A stretch of 64,000 bases of DNA from Octopus sinensis (Eukaryota): positions 163,804,001-163,868,000 of the forward strand of contig NC_042997.1 of the NCBI RefSeq assembly GCF_006345805.1, written 5' to 3'. Every line of letters begins with the position of its first letter. Position 1 is the stretch's first letter. Made by a program: the position numbers and the translations under genes. The notes beneath the pieces are model-generated. The model searched no databases, had not been told where the DNA came from, and was given only the letters and a program-made list of their open reading frames with translations. Below are positions 51,701-64,000 of the stretch, piece by piece.

Positions 51701-51801
51701 TATACATATTTATATATATGTATGTATATCAGCCCACTCCTAGGGTGACATGCTGTGCTTAAAGAGAACTATTGAGTCAAGTACATCAACATCAACATCA
51801 A

Positions 51802-52190
51802 GTGGAGGCGCAATGACCCAGTGGTTAGGGCAGTGGAATCGCGGTTGAAGGATCGCGGTTTCGATTCCCAGACCAAGCGTTGTGTGTGTTTATAGAGCGA
51901 AAACACTTAAAGCTCCACAAGGCTCCGGCAGGGGGTGGTGGCAACCCCTGATGTACTCTTTCGCTCCAACTTTCTCTCACTCTTTCTTCCTGTTTCTTGT
52001 CCCCAACTTCCTATGCAACCGCTGAGCCTGGATGCGCATTCATCGATCTGTCAATGCTCTCAGTGTCGGGGGTCGACCTGCTTTCTCTTCTGTGGGTCTT
52101 ACAAATAGCAAAGGACCACGTTTCGGACTTCTCCCACTATAGAGGCACGATTTTGCGAGCTCTGGGACGAAGACCGCTTTGCTCAACAAA
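51802..52190 (+). mobile_element. Family-B SINE head and body joined to a different ~190-bp CpG-rich 3' segment, inserted into an RTE 3'UTR fragment
   Basis: Matches the 8614 copy up to ...cttcctgtttct (~51997), then diverges; aacatcaa on both flanks. Confidence 0.7.
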
Positions 52191-52315
52191 CAAACATCAA
52201 CAGCAATATCAAAATCAAATCAAATGGAAATTGTAGTTGTGACCCTCATGCTGGGAGCACGTAAAAAACACCATCTGAATGTGGATGTTTTGTTGTCGCC
52301 TGTTGCATTCTCGTC

Positions 52316-52348
<33 letters not shown>

Positions 52349-52350
<2 letters not shown>

Positions 52351-52626
52351 AGATAAGAAAATGGAGAAATACATCTAAATCAAATATCAATTACCAGATA
52401 ATACTCAATCACATACTTTATTAAACCACCATATAAGAGACTGTGGGGTTAAACATAAAAAAGCAGAACAAATCAGTGTACATAAGGAATGTACATAAAA
52501 GAGTAATGTTGTATAATAAGTAGAATATATATAAAAAAGAGAATATAAATATAAGTAAATATAAATAGTATATTGGATATATGTTATCCCATGGAGGGTT
52601 GCATTTACAACCCCTATCTCAATTTG

Positions 52627-52661
<35 letters not shown>

Positions 52662-52946
52662 TATATATACAAGATAAGAAAATGGAGAAATACATCTAAA
52701 TCAAATATCAATTACCAGATAATACTCAATCACATACTTTATTAAACCACCATATAAGAGACTGTGGGGTTAAACATAAAAAAGCAGAACAAATCAGTGT
52801 ACATAAAGGAATGTACATAAAAGAGTAATGTTGTATAATAAGTAGAATATATATAAAAAAGAGAATATAAATATAAGTAAATATAAATAGTATATTGGAT
52901 ATATGTTATCCCATGGAGGGTTGCATTTACAACCCCTATCTCAATT

Positions 52947-52948
<2 letters not shown>
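52349..52948 (+). repeat. Near-identical tandem duplication (period ~321 bp) of a ~280-bp cassette, bounded by (TA)n
   Basis: Copies 52349-52626 and 52670-52948; the only difference I see is acataagg vs acataaagg. Confidence 0.92.
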
Positions 52949-52997
<49 letters not shown>

Positions 52998-55272
52998 GAG
53001 GTGGAAGTGTGTATCTGCATACACACACATATCACCATTATTATTTAATATTCATCTTCCATGTTGTAATGCAATGGATGGTATGATAAGTTTCAATGAG
53101 GTGAAGAGCTGCAATAAGCTCCAATGTCTGTTTTGACATGGTTTCTATAGCTGAATGCTCTTCCAAACACCAACCACTTTACAGAGTGTACCACAGGCTT
53201 TTATTCATAACACCAGCACAAGAAACATCACCAAGCAACTTACAAGACAAAGTAAAATGCCCTTGACTAGCAGGGTTGTTGCAGGGAGGAAGTAGCTTTG
53301 TACCAGGTGGTGAGAAGCTAAAGTACAATAGATGTACAGGCACAGGTATCTTGTTATAGAGGAGATACACATCTACCCTATATTATCTAAGGATGGGTGG
53401 TAGTAGTTGAAAGGAAAATACAGTTGGTAGTGATGAGGTGTCAGAAAGTACCCTCAAGGAAGGTAGGAACAAGAGAGAACATGGGCACAGAATTGGGAGA
53501 ATGGATGGATAAGTTCCTAAGGGTGGGAGAGGAGAGTGACAAATGGTTAGAGATGGAGGTAAATATAGTGAATGATGCACAACAGTTGAGGTGTGATCAA
53601 TGATAAATATCAGTATGGGGAGAAAGAAAGGTGAAAGCTATGGAAATAGGTGAGGAAGGAGTTGGTGGCACTACAGGAAGGTTGGAGAATAGCAGTCTTA
53701 TAAGCTTGTAAATAGATCAGAAAATAAGGAGATGATGTGGGTGGGGGAGAGTGAGAGAAAGATATATGCACAGTGATAGAGATAAAGGTCAGAGGTATGT
53801 AGGGGTAGCTATAGTGAGTGGGATACAATGGTAGTGTCAACAGTAGATATGAGAGGGTGTTAAAGAGATAAGATATGCCAATCCCAAGATGTAGCTCAGG
53901 GGAAATGTAAATGGAAGCATGGCAAGGGGTGATGATAGCTCTAAAGCCACATGATTTTTGGTTCACTCCTGCTGTGAAGCACCATAGACAAATGTCTGCT
54001 ACTATAACTCTGAGCTGACCAATACCTTGTTAGTGAAATTGGCAGACAGATATTATACAGAAGCTTGTCACACACACACACATGCTTTTATATATGTATG
54101 TATATATGTTGTATGTGTGTATGAGGGTGTGTGTGTATATGCATGTATGTTTGTGTCTTATGTCTTGACATTGTTTACACTCTATGTAAAATGTCTTCAC
54201 AGTAGGCAGTCATCATTTACATCTGCTACTAAAACATATCCAGTTTTTGAGTTACTATTTGAAAGACAAAGGGAATAATTACCTTATTTGGAAACAAGTA
54301 AAGGTTAGTGACAGGAAGGGCATTCAGCTGTAAAATTACAGCTTCAATAAAGTCTTTCTAACCCATGCTAGCATGGAAAAAGTGGACATTAAAATGACAA
54401 ACACATGCATACATACGCATGCTCTCACATAGACACACATATGGACTGTAGCAAATGGTGATGCAAAAGTGTCACAGTAAGTGGCTAGATAAAGAGTTGT
54501 AAAAGGTGGTGAGAAATATCTAAAATTTTTCTGGAAAAATTCAGTATTTTTTTTCATCATTTATGAACATAAAATCGTTTGCTAAATTATAATTCCCTTA
54601 ACATTGCCAAACTTTCCACAGTATTCAATAACAGTTACACATGATACTTCTACAATTTCTGGTCTTCAATTCTACTGCAGAATTTTGCAGGTGGGGGGTT
54701 AGGTGAGGTGTTTTCTATATACTAGCTATTTAATGATTTTTTTTTCTTTTCTTGTTTTCAAAATTTATTCGTGTTGGTTAGTTTTAAATTTATGGCTGAC
54801 CTTTCAACTGTAGGACTCTTTTCTAAATATGGACTGAAATGGTCACATTTTGAAATTTTTCCCCATCTCCAACCTAAATCTGTCTCCATATTTTCGCCCC
54901 ACTGCACTTTTGCTTTTACTTTCTCCTTACCTTCCTTCCTTCTCTCCTATATCATTAATTCACCAACAAGTTTTTTTCTCAATAATTCCAAGGAAATCGA
55001 TAATGATTGAAACAAATTTGTAAGCTAATATATAAATCAATAAATAAATATATTTGACTCTACTTCTTGAAGTATAGAATTCTTTATTTAATATTTGTGA
55101 GTACACTTGTTCCTACAAACAAGTACATCCTAATTGTCATTTTCATAATTTCTACATTTGTTTTCAAATATTGGCATGGGCTTAACATAAAATTTTGAGC
55201 CAGTACTTTTTTATGGCTAATGTCCTGATGCTGCTTATGATGTAGAACATAATTATTCTACAAACCAGGATA

Positions 55273-58200
55273 CATCATCATCATCATCATCATCGTTTAA
55301 CGTCCACTTTCCATGCTGGTATGGGTTCAACGGTTTGACTGAGGACTGGTGAGCCAGAGGCTGCACCAGGCTCAACCTGATCTGGCAAAGTTTCTACAGC
55401 TGGATGCCCTTCCTAACGCTAACTATTCCAAGAGTGTAGTGTTGCTTTTATGTGCCACTGGCATGAGGGCCAGTCAGGCAGTTCTGGCAGCGACCACGCT
55501 CAAAAGGTATTTTTACATGCTACCCGCATGGGAGCCAGTCTGGAGGCACTGGCAACGGCTATGCTTGAATGTTGTTTTTCATGTGCCACCAGCACATATG
55601 CTGGTAAGGCTATGCTGACACTCGAATGGTACTTTTCCTGTGTCACTGGCAACGATCATGCTCAGATGTGCTTTTAACGTTCCACTGGCATGAGTGCCTA
55701 TCAGGCAGTACTGTCATCACCCACGTCAATGATTATGATTTTGCTTTCACTTGCCTCAATAGGTCTTTGCAAACAAAGTTTATTGTGGGCTGGTTGCACT
55801 TACAGGCATAGGCCATGGGCTATGGTCTCACTTGGCTTGTCAGGTCTTCTCATGCACAGCATATCTCAAAAGGTCCCGGTCACTAATCACTGCTTTGGTA
55901 AGGTCCAATGTTTGAAGGTTGTGCTTCACCACCTCATCCCAGGTTTTCCTGGGTCTACCTCTTCCACAGGTTCCCTCAACTGCTAGGGTGTGACGCTTTT
56001 TCACACAGCTGTCCTCATTCATTCACAACCATACCAACGCAGTTATCTCTCTTGCACACCACATCTGACGCTTCTTAAATCCAACTTTTCTCTCAGGGTG
56101 CTTACACTTTTTCATGTATGCACACTGACATTACACATCCAGCGGAGCATACTGGCTTCATTTCTTGCAAGCTTACGCATGTCCTCAGCAGTCATGGGCC
56201 ATGTTGCACTGCCATGTAGCATGGCTGTTCATACACATGTATCATACAGTCTACCTTTCACTCTGAGCAAGAAGCCCTTTGTCACCAGCAGGGGTAGGAG
56301 CTCTCTGAACTTTGCCCTGGCAATTCTTATTCTAGCAGCTACACTTTCAGCAGACCTTCCCCTGCTACTGATTTGGTCACTTAGGTAACGGAAGGTATCA
56401 GCTACTTTTAGTTTTTCTCCCTGGAATGTGGCAGCAGCTGTTCTCAGCACATTTTCAGCTTATATTGCTCCTGAGCATATGCCACATACAAAATCTATCT
56501 TCCCAGTTAGCCTTCTTTTGATATTGCTGCATGTCTTAGGTGTCCATAGCTTACACTGGGTACATCTCATTGAGTTTCTACCTACATCTTTTCTACAGAT
56601 TGAGTAGGACCATCTACCTGAAGGGATTTGTGGTTTGCCTGCCTTCCTACATATTAAGTCTTTGGTTTTAGCTAGGTTGACTCTAAGGCCCTTCGATTCT
56701 AATCCTTGCTTCCACACCTGAAACTTCTCCTCTAGTTCTGATAGTGACTCAGCAATTAGAGCAAGGTCATCATAGAGGAGCTCCCAGGAGCATCATGTCT
56801 TGAATTCCTCTGTTATTGCCTGGAGGACTATGATAAATAAGAGGGGGCTGAAGACTGATTCTTGGTGGACCTCTACACCTACTTGGAATTCTTCACTGTA
56901 CTTGTTGCAAACACTCACCTTACTGACAGCATCCCTGTACATGGCTTGCACAGTGCTCACTAACCATTCATCTATCCCTCATTGACCACCAGATAAGGGA
57001 TTGGGGGACCCTTTCAAAGGCTTTCTCCATGTCAACAAAAGCCAGGTACAGAGGTTTATCTTTGGCTATGTATTTCTCTTGCAGCTGTCTTACCAGAAAT
57101 ATAGCATCAGTGGTGCTTTTCCCTGGCACGAACCCAAACTGCATCTCATCTAGACTGACTCTCTCCCTAATTAGTTGGACTATGACCCTCTTTGTGACCT
57201 TCATTACCTGATCCAACAACTTGATACTTCTGTAATTATTTGTATCTAAAGCATCACCTTTACCTTTGTAGCAGTTGACTATGATGCTGCTACACCAGTC
57301 ATTGGGTATGACTCTTTCATGTATCACCTGGTTAACTATAAAGGTGACTAGGCTATAGCCAATACCACCAGATATTTTGAGCATCTCTGTGGTGATTCCT
57401 CATGGGCCAGGGGATTCCCTGTTTTCATACCCTTAATTTCTTTATCTACCAAGGTACTATCAATTTGGATAGCTGGTCCCTCTATGGGTCAACATTCGGC
57501 AGACTCACTTTCTCTCATTCATTCTCTTTATTGAGCAACCTTTCATAGTGGTGTCTCTAAACCTCTCTCTTTGCAGCCTTGTTTAATGCAAGTGAACCAT
57601 TATCCATGTGGGCACATTACTCTCCTATGACATCACAATTTTCTCTCACACACTGTCTTGCAACACGAAATACCTCAAGTCTTTGGTCCTCTCAGCACAG
57701 AACATTGGCAAATTTTTTCTTATCTGCTCCTCCTCTGGCTAAATAAACCTGTATCCTAGCTTCCCTTCTGGCAGTCTGATACAATTCCCTGCTACCACCG
57801 TTCTTCCAGTCCTTCCAAGCCTGTTTCTTTTCCCTTATAGCCCTGTCAACAACATTCTTCCACCACCACATTATTTTGGGTCGAGAGGGGACTTTGTACC
57901 ATCCACAGATCTGGTCAGTGGCCCTCAGCAGGTTGCCTCATAGAAACCTCCAGTTTTCTTCCACTTTATGTGATGCTATATCCCCTTCTATATCAAATCT
58001 CTGTCCATTCACAGGATCTTTAAGCTTCCAGACCCTTCTCTTCCATGCTGGTTGTCTTCTAGGCATCCATTTAGCCCTGATCTTGAAGTTGCTAACTACT
58101 ACTCTATGTTGTGGGGTACATTCTTTGCCTGGGAAGGTTTTGGCATTTATAAGCAGCCAGCTTTCCCTTTTTCTGGTGAGGATGTAGTCAATTTGGCTGG

Positions 58201-59123
58201 TGTGTCTGCCAGAATGGTAGATGACTAGGTGACTGGCAGGTTTCCTGAAGTTAGTATTGCAAACCATAAGATCATTTGCATTGCAGAACTCCAGCAGCCT
58301 GGTTCCCTCCTCATTGTAGGAACCAAAACCATAACTTCCATGTAAGCCATGAAAGCCCCCTGCATGTTGTCCAACATGTCCATTGAAGTCACCAGCCACA
58401 AAGAGAAGGTCCCTGTCATTTGTCAACGAGGTAGTCTCCAAGAGGGTGTCATAAAAATCAGCGTTTCTGTCCAGCAGGTAGCCCCGGCTGAGGGACATAG
58501 GCCAAAATAATGGTTGCTAACCCATGATGTAGCACAAATCTAATCTTAAGTATTCTATCGCATACTCTGACTACCTTGATTACCTTATCAACCCATTTCT
58601 CTGCAAGAAGTATACCCACATCCCCGACCCCATCAGTGTTCCCTGCCTAGAAAATCTTGTACCTGTGTTCTTTGCCTGTGAGGGACCTAGCGGAACCACC
58701 TCTCCACCTTACTTCTTGGAGGCAGCACAAATCTACACATCTCCGTTCAAGCATCTCAACAATCTCACCAGACCTACCTTTCAGTGTGCCCACATTGAGT
58801 ATGCCAGCTTTGAGGGTGTGGGAGGGGTGCAGATGGCATTAAGCCTTTAGAAGTGTTCATAGGAGACAACCAAAGGATGACAGAGGATAGGGATTTCTGG
58901 TACAGGTGGTGGGGGTGGGAGGATAGGGACTTCTGGTACGGGTAGTGGGGGTGGAAGGGCAGGCATACTGCGAGATAGCAAAATTAGATAAGAGCATCTT
59001 CTGGATTTGTATTCTTTTGGCAGAGTTATTAAAATGGAGTAGGGGAATCTGAGTGCATGCGCTAGTTTATAAAGGGTGGGGTGTTGGAGGCGGGGGAAGT
59101 GTTGGTGAAGCAAGTGGTAATCG

Positions 59124-59125
<2 letters not shown>
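55273..59125 (-). mobile_element. Apparently full-length but decayed RTE family 1 LINE (leader, APE, RT, PHD-like finger, 3'UTR, tail)
   Basis: From ~58830: LKAGILNVGTLKGRSGEIVEMLERRCVDLCCLQEVRWRGG; ORF-track pieces 57938-58498, 56968-57384 and 56460-56717; (cat)n at 55273. The 5' boundary is uncertain. Confidence 0.92.
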
Positions 59126-59162
<37 letters not shown>

Positions 59163-59506
59163 TAGACAGACAGAGTGAGGCAAAGAGAGAGTGCACCAGA
59201 GTTGAGGTGGTCAGGGATAGAACATGAGGGAGAAAAATATTCTTTTGGGATTTTGGGTAACATAATTTAATAAAACAGCAAATGCTGATAATAGTGAAAT
59301 AGAATAGAAAAATCGTAGAATTTTTGGTCAGCCAATCTGTGACAAAATTAGAGAAATAAGTGATGGTGTGACAAACTTGAATAAATGGTGGTGCATCAGC
59401 ATGGCTGCAGCTATGAGCTGGAACCACAGAAAAAAAATGAATAGGTAACGAATAGCGAATACGCATGATCACACATGTATGTGTGTGTGTGTGTGTGTAT
59501 AAAGAG

Positions 59507-59547
<41 letters not shown>

Positions 59548-60969
59548 TATATACATACACATGCAGTTTACCATATGGTAATGAACGTTTGTGGTGATAA
59601 AAATCATAGAAACAAATACTTTTCCATTAATTTGTTAATTAATAAAATCATGTCCATGAATGATTTTCAAATGAAAATAACAAATTAAAAACTAAGATAA
59701 TGGAAATTTGTAGGGGTCTGCCCACACATATTGACTGATTTGAAGAAAATGAGTCTGTATATTCTGCAGCCATAATCTCCACGCTTCAAAGAAAAAAATT
59801 TGACCCTACTACAAATGTTCCTGCAAATTCACAATATTATTCTGGCTCGTAATTTCATTTAAGGTAAAACCAGTGGAATTTTTTTCCAAGGAAAAATTTA
59901 GCTTTATATAAAATTCCTTTTGTTTAGGTTTATTTTTTTTAGTAAAAATTATTCACCATATTGAAAAGCAAAGCCTGTACTGCAGAATATTACTGTGAAG
60001 TGAGACCACATCTAAGAGAGAAAGTGGTGCCAATTTAAATGAATTTAATGCAGAGTATGGACTGGCCTAATCTACAATTTGCTGCATCATCACCACCGCC
60101 ACCGCTGCCCCTGACGCCGACGCTACCACCACCATCATCACCACCACCATTTTAATGTCCACTTTTCTATGCTCACATGGGTCAGATTGGACTTGTTGTG
60201 GTGGATATTCTATGGCCAGCTGCCTTTCTGTCATCAACCCTCACTTGATTCCAATTAAGGTAATGTTTCCCTATGACTAGACATAGTTTTATAGAAAACT
60301 GGAAATGAAGGACACTGCTTGCATGACAATAGCACATGCTCACAATTACCATGCAAATTTCAAAGATTGAATTGTTGAGAACAATACTGTCTAGAATTGT
60401 GGTAGTAATTTACTCTGGATATTTTCCTTAAGAAGAAGAAAAAAAAAAAAAAAAGAGACTCAAGAACTATTACTTCAATTGTTTCATCAACAGTAGCAGA
60501 AGAAGGGTTTTCTCTTTAGAGACTTATAAGAGTTAACTTCCTTTCTCCTCCTCCTCCTCAATAATTTTCTCCTTTCCTGCCACCTTGCTACCCTTCATTT
60601 TACTTGAACTACCTGTCAAACTCAGGTGAGAAATTTTGAGAAAATTTTAAATGTTTTATTCTTTTAATTAGCTTGTGTTTTTCTGTTTAAGATTAATTAT
60701 TCATTCCCCCATTTTGCAGATTATTTATGATTTTTTTAATACCTTTAATATTTCATTTTAATGCCTGTTAGGTTTTATATTTTTATAGGAGAAATATCTT
60801 TAAAATGAAGTGTAGAATTATTTATTTATTTATTGTTACTGTTTATTCATATTATTCAATATTGTACTATCATTACTGTTTTTTTTTTTATTATATTTAT
60901 ATTTATTTTATATTATATATTACATTATATTGTATTTTATATCATATCAGTTTTATATATGTTTTTAAG

Positions 60970-61870
60970 AATGACATGAGCATAGAAACCAACAGCTTCT
61001 ACAAACCAATGAACTCTAAACAGTAACTACTATTTACTTCATGCCACCCAAAACATACCAAATCCAATATTTCATTTAACCTGGCTAGAAGAATCTGAAG
61101 AATTTTCTTCAATCTGGAAGTTCAGTACAAAAGACTCCTTGAATTAAAACAGGTGCTACTTGAAAGACAGTACCAGTCTACTCTAACAGAGAATGGAATA
61201 GAGAATAAAATGTGTCAAAGTAATAAACATTGAAGAATTATGGAAAGCCAAAAATGGTTCAGACATACCCAAAACTTTATCTTTAATCATAACACTCAAC
61301 CCAAGAAACAGAAATATTTGGCATTATCCTCAGCTTTATTGAGCCAAGAAAGAAAAGGGTACTCAAATCATACAAAATAAGCAAATGCAAAAGACAATCA
61401 AAATATCTAAAAAAACATTCTTTCCAACACAAAAACTACCAACTATGGACTCAACTCCAACAGTTTAACACTGTGGCTGATCTAATTGTAGAACTTGTGA
61501 CAACCTTATTGAGGACACACAAATCTAAATCAGAACAAGCTTTTACTGTGAAAAACCATTTTACTTGTTCTTCAAAGAATTTAATATACATCATCAAATG
61601 TAATGGATATCAGGAAAATGACATTGGACAAACAACTTAATTTTAAGAATGAGATTAACAACTCATTGTCAACAAATATGAGATCACAGGAGTAGACAAA
61701 TTCTATTTAGAGAACATCTGAACACATGTGTGAAAATCAAATCTCCCAAATTTCTTGTTTTCCCATTCAACCAAAAATACCACAGATCAAAGAAAAATAA
61801 TTAAGGAAAATTCCTTTATTAAAAATACAAGCCATAGTTGAACAGATTATAAAAAACATCAGTAATACAC
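60970..61870 (+). mobile_element. Penelope-like element remnant (RT thumb plus GIY-YIG endonuclease), a different lineage from the 42-kb copy
   Basis: IETNSFYKPMNSKQ*LLFTSCHPKHTKSNISFNLARRI...RLLELKQVLLERQY; KNHFTCSSKNLIYIIKCNGYQENDIGQT. Confidence 0.85.
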
Positions 61871-62876
61871 AATTTGCCTTTTCCTATGAATTAATTATTG
61901 TAGAAATATATTACGTGTCTTCCTGTGCACATTTTTAAGAAAGCCAAAATTAATGTAGCAACAATCATCTACCTTATATACACCACACCTCATTATCTTA
62001 ATTACCCCACACCTTGTTAACAAAGAAGAGGTGTTTTAACATGTTCAATGAGACTGAACGAGCACTAATTGATAATATCATTCTTTGTCAGAATAATAAA
62101 CAATAATTATCTAAAACATTTTTATGTCAACAATTATTATATTCTTTAAACTAAAGGCAAATTTCAGTCTTTATTATCCCTGACATAAAACAAGAGATAA
62201 CATGCAGTAAAATAGATACTACTTATATCTCTCTTTTTTTTAACAGTCATATGATATATGCAGTTGGCAATAGCTTTTATGCGACCTTCTCATGCAACTG
62301 TCATATGAGCTTAACACATGAATGTTGAGAAATCAATTTGTACCTCAACGGACATCATTCTAAACCACCATTCTTTCTTTAAAAACTAACAACTTTAATA
62401 ACAATGGCCAGGATAGACATAATTTGTGACACAACTGCATATACTATACACATTTTGAAGATCTAATGTGGAACCAGTTAAGTGTATTCCTATATTTTAA
62501 AATCTAATTAAATTCTAATTAATTGTGGTATATTCTCCATACATATTCAACTTCATCTCATCTATATTTCCACTTTATTGGATTAATAGTAATTTACATA
62601 GATATATATATTTGTTTGTTAATTTTTATATTACTTTTTCCATGCCAACATAGATTAAATGAATATGTTACTGAGGTATTGTTTTACAGTTCGATGCTCT
62701 TTGAGTGGTGAATCAATACTTGTTTTCCAAGTAAGGGATCTCTTATTTCTTACATTTTCAAAAGTACAAAACCAGCGAACAACTTGATGACAGGGGAAAT
62801 GCAATCATCATCACTGCATGACTGCATGTAGATCAGAAATTTGGGGAGAAACAGGAATGTAAATATATATCATATA

Positions 62877-63270
62877 AACACAGACATGGCTTTGTGATAA
62901 GAAACTTGCTTTCCAACCACATGGTTCTGAGTTCAATCTCACTGCATGGCATCTCGAGCAAGTGTCTTCTATTATAGCCTTGGGCTGACCAAAGTCTTGT
63001 GAGTGGATTTGGTAGACAGTAACTGAAAGAAGCCAGTTGTTCTATATGTGTGTGTATGTGTGTGTTTGTGTCTGTGTTTGTACCCCCTGTCACCACTTGA
63101 TAACTGGTGATGGGGTGTTTATGTCCCTGTAACTTAGTGGTTCAGCAAAAGACACAAATAGAATAAATACTAGGTTTAAAAAATAAGTCTTGGGGTCAAT
63201 TTGTTTGACTAACAACCTTTAAGGCAGTGTTCCAGCATGGCCACAGTCAAATGACTGAAACAAGTAAAAG
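62877..63270 (+). mobile_element. tRNA-derived SINE, family C, near full length
   Basis: catggctttgtgataagaaacttgctttccaaccacatggttctgagttcaatc...aaatgactgaaacaagtaaaag. Confidence 0.85.
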
Positions 63271-63285
63271 ATATATATATATATG

Positions 63286-63335
<50 letters not shown>

Positions 63336-63343
<8 letters not shown>

Positions 63344-63584
63344 TAAGGGTAGAAATTGATATTTATCAATTAAGACCAGTGGTCTAGCATATTAAAAAAG
63401 AATCCGAAGATTAAAATATTTATATATACCAATTAAGGACTGAACACGAAAAGTGGACAGTCAACATGCTAGATATAGACGTCAAATCGCCATTCACCAC
63501 AAAAGATTATGTTCTCAGATCAAACTCTATATCTAGCATGTTGACTGTCCACTTTTCGTGTTCAGTCCTTAATTGGTATATATA
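63336..63584 (+). mobile_element. (TA)n-anchored fold-back element E2: ~85-bp module, perfect 59-bp inverted arms, 46-nt loop
   Basis: Arms 63421-63479 and 63526-63584 are exact reverse complements; (TA)n on both sides. Confidence 0.85.
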
Positions 63585-63635
63585 TATATATATATATATA
63601 CATACACACACACACATTTGAATTTAGATGCATAT

Positions 63636-63685
<50 letters not shown>

Positions 63686-63687
<2 letters not shown>

Positions 63688-63840
63688 CTACCATCCCATT
63701 TATATTCTGATCCCGATACCTCAAGGGTATACCCTGGCATTTAGCCACTATCTGTCTCGCTTTCTCACTCTGCTCTACCATCCCATTTATATTCTGGTCC
63801 CCATACCTTGAGGATATGTCCTGGCATTTCACCACCATCT
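63686..63840. repeat. Two diverged copies of an 87-bp unit
   Basis: ctctaccatcccatttatattctg at 63686 and 63773. Confidence 0.8.
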
Positions 63841-64000
63841 CTCTCCCACTCTCTCTTGCACCCTCACCCTCTCACTCTCTTCCAATCTCTCTCTCTTTTT
63901 CTCTCTCTTCCTATGACTGGGTAGCTATGTATCTCCTCTACAGCAACACATCTGTTTTTGACCTCATTCTTGATCTCTCTCTATCCCCACCTCTCTCTCT

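Overview
AT-rich animal genomic DNA, most likely an octopus. This is inferred from the tRNA-derived SINE families, RTE and Penelope content and the very dense (TA)n/(CA)n/(GAT)n microsatellites; it is not directly checkable here. The only host coding sequence I can support is two minus-strand exons of an inversin (INVS/NPHP2)-like ankyrin-repeat gene (25068-25164 and 9604-9710). They join in frame across a 15.4-kb intron, and I found neither flanking exon in the window. The rest is presumed intron filled with mobile DNA: two RTE-clade LINE families, four Penelope-like remnants, two mariner remnants, an R4/Dong-like remnant and three SINE families. Family 1 is young, has a PHD-like finger and a (GAT)n tail. 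Family 2 is older and BovB-like. Main oddities: (1) all three family-2 RTE insertions I recognise are 5'-inverted, one with a 13-bp TSD and a 19-bp inverted overlap, which is the twin-priming signature best known from mammalian L1; (2) two homologous (TA)n-anchored fold-back elements and two further large palindromes; (3) a degenerate Penelope-type minimal hammerhead-like motif beside a 467-bp palindrome; (4) an unclassified ~0.75-kb unit in about 2.4 head-to-tail copies. All alignments were done by eye; no database searches were run.
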